Source: Hormiphora californensis
Taxonomy: Eukaryota > Animalia > Ctenophora
DNA: 64,000 bases
Direction: 5' to 3'
Assembly: GCA_020137815.1 (NCBI GenBank)
Contig: CM035350.1
Span: forward strand, 1,860,001 to 1,924,000
Shown: piece by piece, positions 60,780 through 64,000 of the stretch
Numbering within the stretch: the stretch's first letter is position 1
Layout of the letters: every line of letters begins with the position of its first letter
The notes under the pieces: model-generated
The model's database searches: none
Seen by the model: only the letters and a program-made list of their open reading frames with translations
What the model was told of the DNA's origin: nothing
Made by a program: the position numbers and the translations under genes

Positions 60780-62227
60780 CTGCAGGGTGAGAGAGTTGGG
60801 GGCTAGGCTAGGTTACTAACCGACCCAAATAAAAGAGGGGTTGTTAAAATCCTTCTAACCCATCCAACCCAACCCATATACTACTAGGTATATATGATGG
60901 CAGAGAGTCGCGTTTGAAGTGGAGCCTTTGTTAGCGGCTTGAAAAGAGGTGGCCTAATTGCACAAGTCACGGCTTTGTATAAATCTGTTAGTTAGTTATT
61001 TTTTGTAAGTTTAACCCCATTTATACGCATAATTTGCTTGAACACAACGCTACCTGCTAGGGGTCTTTAGAGAGTAGAGAGAGAGAAGAAGAGGAGAGAG
61101 ATAGAGAGAAGAAAGCAGATAGAGAAGAGAGAATATTGGGGGTATATTAAAATCGAGGTCCTATTCCCTTCACTTCCTCTCTCCCTCTTCTCCCTCTCTC
61201 TCTCTCTCTCGCCCTCTCTCTTCTCTCTTTCTTTCTTATAGTTTTGTTCTCTATTCCCCTCGCTTCTCAGTTTTTCCTTTTAAGAACAGCATACTTCCCC
61301 CATCCCTCATCCCTTCTTTTTTCAGAAAATTAATTTTTTATATCCTTAAGCAACACCCTACTTTACTTTACATAACCCCCTTAAACACACCCAAACCCCC
61401 ACCCAAAAAAATTTAACCCAAACCCCCAACCATCTCTTCCCTCCTTCCCCTTTTTTCCTTTTTAATCCCTTAAACCCCCAATCTTCTCCCTTCCTTAATA
61501 ATCAATCCCCATTCTCCTCTCCCTCCCCCTATTTTTCCCCCCCTCAGGGGATACCCAAACAAGCCAAGTCGACTTTTTCGTAACTTATCATCCTCCTTTG
61601 GCCTCCTCTTAACGTTGTCCTCTTCTTCCTCTTTCCCCTCCGGTCCTTTGCCCAACTCCTCCAAGCCCTTTCCCTTTTCCCCCGCCATCTTTTTGTTTAT
61701 ATATTAACTACCTTCTCTCCGGGCCCCTTTCCCATTCCTTTTTACTTAACTTCGGGAAACCCCTTCTCCCCCTTTTAATTTCTTGCTTCTAAAATCTCAA
61801 ATTTTCCCCCTCAAATGTAACCCCACAAGTAAAATCGACAACAAATTTTACCAACCTAAAGAGATGCCCCAATCAAAATGTTAATTTCTCCTTATCCCCC
61901 TTTTCCCCTTCCCCTTTGTTTTCCCGGGGCTCCTTCCTCCCTTCTCCTTTGGCCGCCTCCCCAAAACTTCTCTCCTCTTCTGTTCCCCTTTTCCCTCTTC
62001 CTTCCCCTTTTCCCGAGCAATTTGGGAGTGGGAAATTACTTTTAAAAAAAACCCCCCCAAAAAAAAAAAGTTAAAAAAAAGGGGTTTTTTTTTTTGGGGG
62101 GGGGTTTTTTTGGGTTTTTTTTTTTTGGGGTTTTTCCCCCCCTTTTTTCCCTTTTTTTTCCCCCCTTTTTGGGGGCTTTCCCGGGGGTTTCCCCTTTTTT
62201 TTTTCTTAAAAACCCCTTTTTTTTTTT

Positions 62228-62327
62228 NNNNNNNNNNNNNNNNNNNNNNNNNNNNNNNNNNNNNNNNNNNNNNNNNNNNNNNNNNNNNNNNNNNNNNNNN
62301 NNNNNNNNNNNNNNNNNNNNNNNNNNN
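62228..62327. other. Assembly gap (100 N) flanked by low-quality, homopolymer-rich sequence (about 61100-63400)
   Basis: N run; flanks are dominated by homopolymer runs typical of poor read ends. Confidence 0.97.
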
Positions 62328-63419
62328 TCAAAAAATTTGAAAAGTTAAGGGGTTTTTAAAGGAGAGGGAAAGAAAGAAAGAAAGGGTTTTTTGAGGAGTA
62401 GAGATATTTTTCAGCATTTTGGTTTTCCGCTAAAAATGCCATCCTACTAGAATTTTTTATTTGGGAAACCCCCTTTTAAATAGAAAAAAAGAAAAGAAAC
62501 AATGTGGGTTTACAACCATTCTGAATATAAGCGTGAGGTTTGAAAATGTCCCCAGAAGAAAGAAGGGAAAAGGGGAAGCCGCTTTTAAAAATTTTTAAAA
62601 AATTTGGTTTTTTTAAAAAACAAAAAAATTTTTTACCCTTTTTGATAAATATTATCCAGCAGGAATTTTTCCCAAAAATAACAAAGATATTCGGGATTGG
62701 GCTTTTACGGGAAAAAACCAAAAAATGCTCGAAATTAATTCGCCCTAAAAAACATTTTATCTTTTCTGTTGGTCCATCTCACTTTAAAAATTCGAATCTC
62801 CAGACAAATTTTTTTGGGGTCAATAAGGGCAAAATTCTTTTTCCCCTTAAAAAATAATTGCATTTAGGCATCAAAAAGTGAAAAAAAAATTTTTGGTTTT
62901 CAATGCGATAAAAAGGGGGTTTTTTTATTTAAAACCTTTAAAGCTTTGGATTAACACCAAATTTTTTGACTAAGTGGTTAATTCTCTTATCCAAAAAGTT
63001 TCAAATATAATCGATCAAGGATAAAAAATGGCTTTTCTTTCTCTCATTTCTTTTTTCCACTCTTTCTCCCTTTCCTCTCCCCCCCAGGAAAAAGAGGGTC
63101 AGGAAGAATCGAAAACAAAAAAAAGGGCCCCAGAGATAGACCCCCTTGGGGGTCCCCACTAGCTCTCTCTCTTGCTCTCCCTCTCCCCCCTTCTCTTCTC
63201 TCTCTCTCTCTCTCCCTCTCCTTTCCCTCTCTCCTCTGCGCTTGGATTTTGGTAAAAATGAACGACGAGGGAAACCTGTGTTATGTTCTGACAGGTGATT
63301 CTTTGGGGCCCTAACGAAATTGGAACTCTTCAAAAACCCTCTTATTTTTACTCTCTTTTTTTCCTTTTTTCAACAGAGATTTTTGAGAAACACGCAGAGT
63401 GATGGAGCAGAGACCAACA

Positions 63420-63525
63420 GAGAGGGAGAGAAAGATAGAGGGAGATAGAGGGAGATAGAGAAAGATAGAGGGAGATAGAGAAAGATAGAGGGAGATAGAG
63501 AAAGATAGAGGGAGATAGAGAAAGT
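63420..63525 (+). repeat. Purine-rich 10/20-bp tandem repeat (GGAGATAGAG/AAAGATAGAG)
   Basis: Directly visible. Confidence 0.85.
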
Positions 63526-64000
63526 TAGAGCTCAAGGTGGGCCTCCCGGAAGAGGCGATCACAGCTCGTGGGATTTGACATCTCTTGACAAACGAAGAAG
63601 ACCCTGTTTACAATGTAATCGGATTTACACTTTTAACAGGGAGCTAGTAGTAAGAGGACTAACTAACTAAGTGTATCATAGTAGTAAAATAATTTGACAC
63701 GTGACTATATAGAGCTCCCAACAACGCGGACGAATTGACATGGAATGCTGACCCATATTATCCTAGCTCACTCTAGCTCTCTCTCTCTCTCTCCCCCTTG
63801 TTGTCCCCTCTCTATCCCCCTCTCTATCCTCCCCTCTTTCCTCCCTCTCTCCTGATTCACCACGGTATACTAATTGAGATTGGAATTTGACGGACAGAGA
63901 GCTAACTATCTAGAGAGAGGAGGAGGAGGGTTAACTATAGGGAATTGTAGGGATTCTCACGTGCACACCACCAGCTTGGGAACTAGCTCGGGGTAAACCC

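Noticed and set aside
61100-63400. Phe/Lys/Gly-rich ORFs around the gap
   Set aside because: They come from low-quality homopolymer-rich sequence next to the N run.

Overview
This is gene-dense animal (metazoan) genomic DNA with short GT-AG introns and many (CT/GA)n microsatellites. The TGF-beta ligand shows it is an animal. The compact layout, the AG acceptors placed just before start codons and an EFF-1/AFF-1 homologue point to a ctenophore such as Pleurobrachia (inference, not proven). Genes in order: DDB1 (3' part), Pol I subunit RPA49/POLR1E, LSm1, LSm12, a secreted two-ShKT protein, an orphan type-I membrane protein, SLC35C2, cyclophilin A, a calmodulin-like EF-hand gene with two alternative first exons, a CYB561D2-like cytochrome b561, RGS22-like, a carbohydrate sulfotransferase, BRD8-like, NRDE2, a neuropeptide-like precursor, a Ly6/three-finger GPI-type protein and a 9-cysteine TGF-beta ligand, followed by low-quality sequence and a gap. 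Highlights: (1) an intronless EFF-1/AFF-1-type cell-cell fusogen (fusexin) lying antisense in an RGS22 intron; (2) a 115-aa two-exon prepropeptide with ten ILH motifs and five KR/KKR sites; (3) a 7.2-kb NRDE2 intron holding an antisense pentraxin gene, a 3.2-kb foldback element and a MITE; (4) operon-like spacing consistent with spliced-leader trans-splicing. Several apparent 1-nt frameshifts, clustered at 38-42 kb, are probably assembly errors. All family calls come from recalled motifs; no database search was run.
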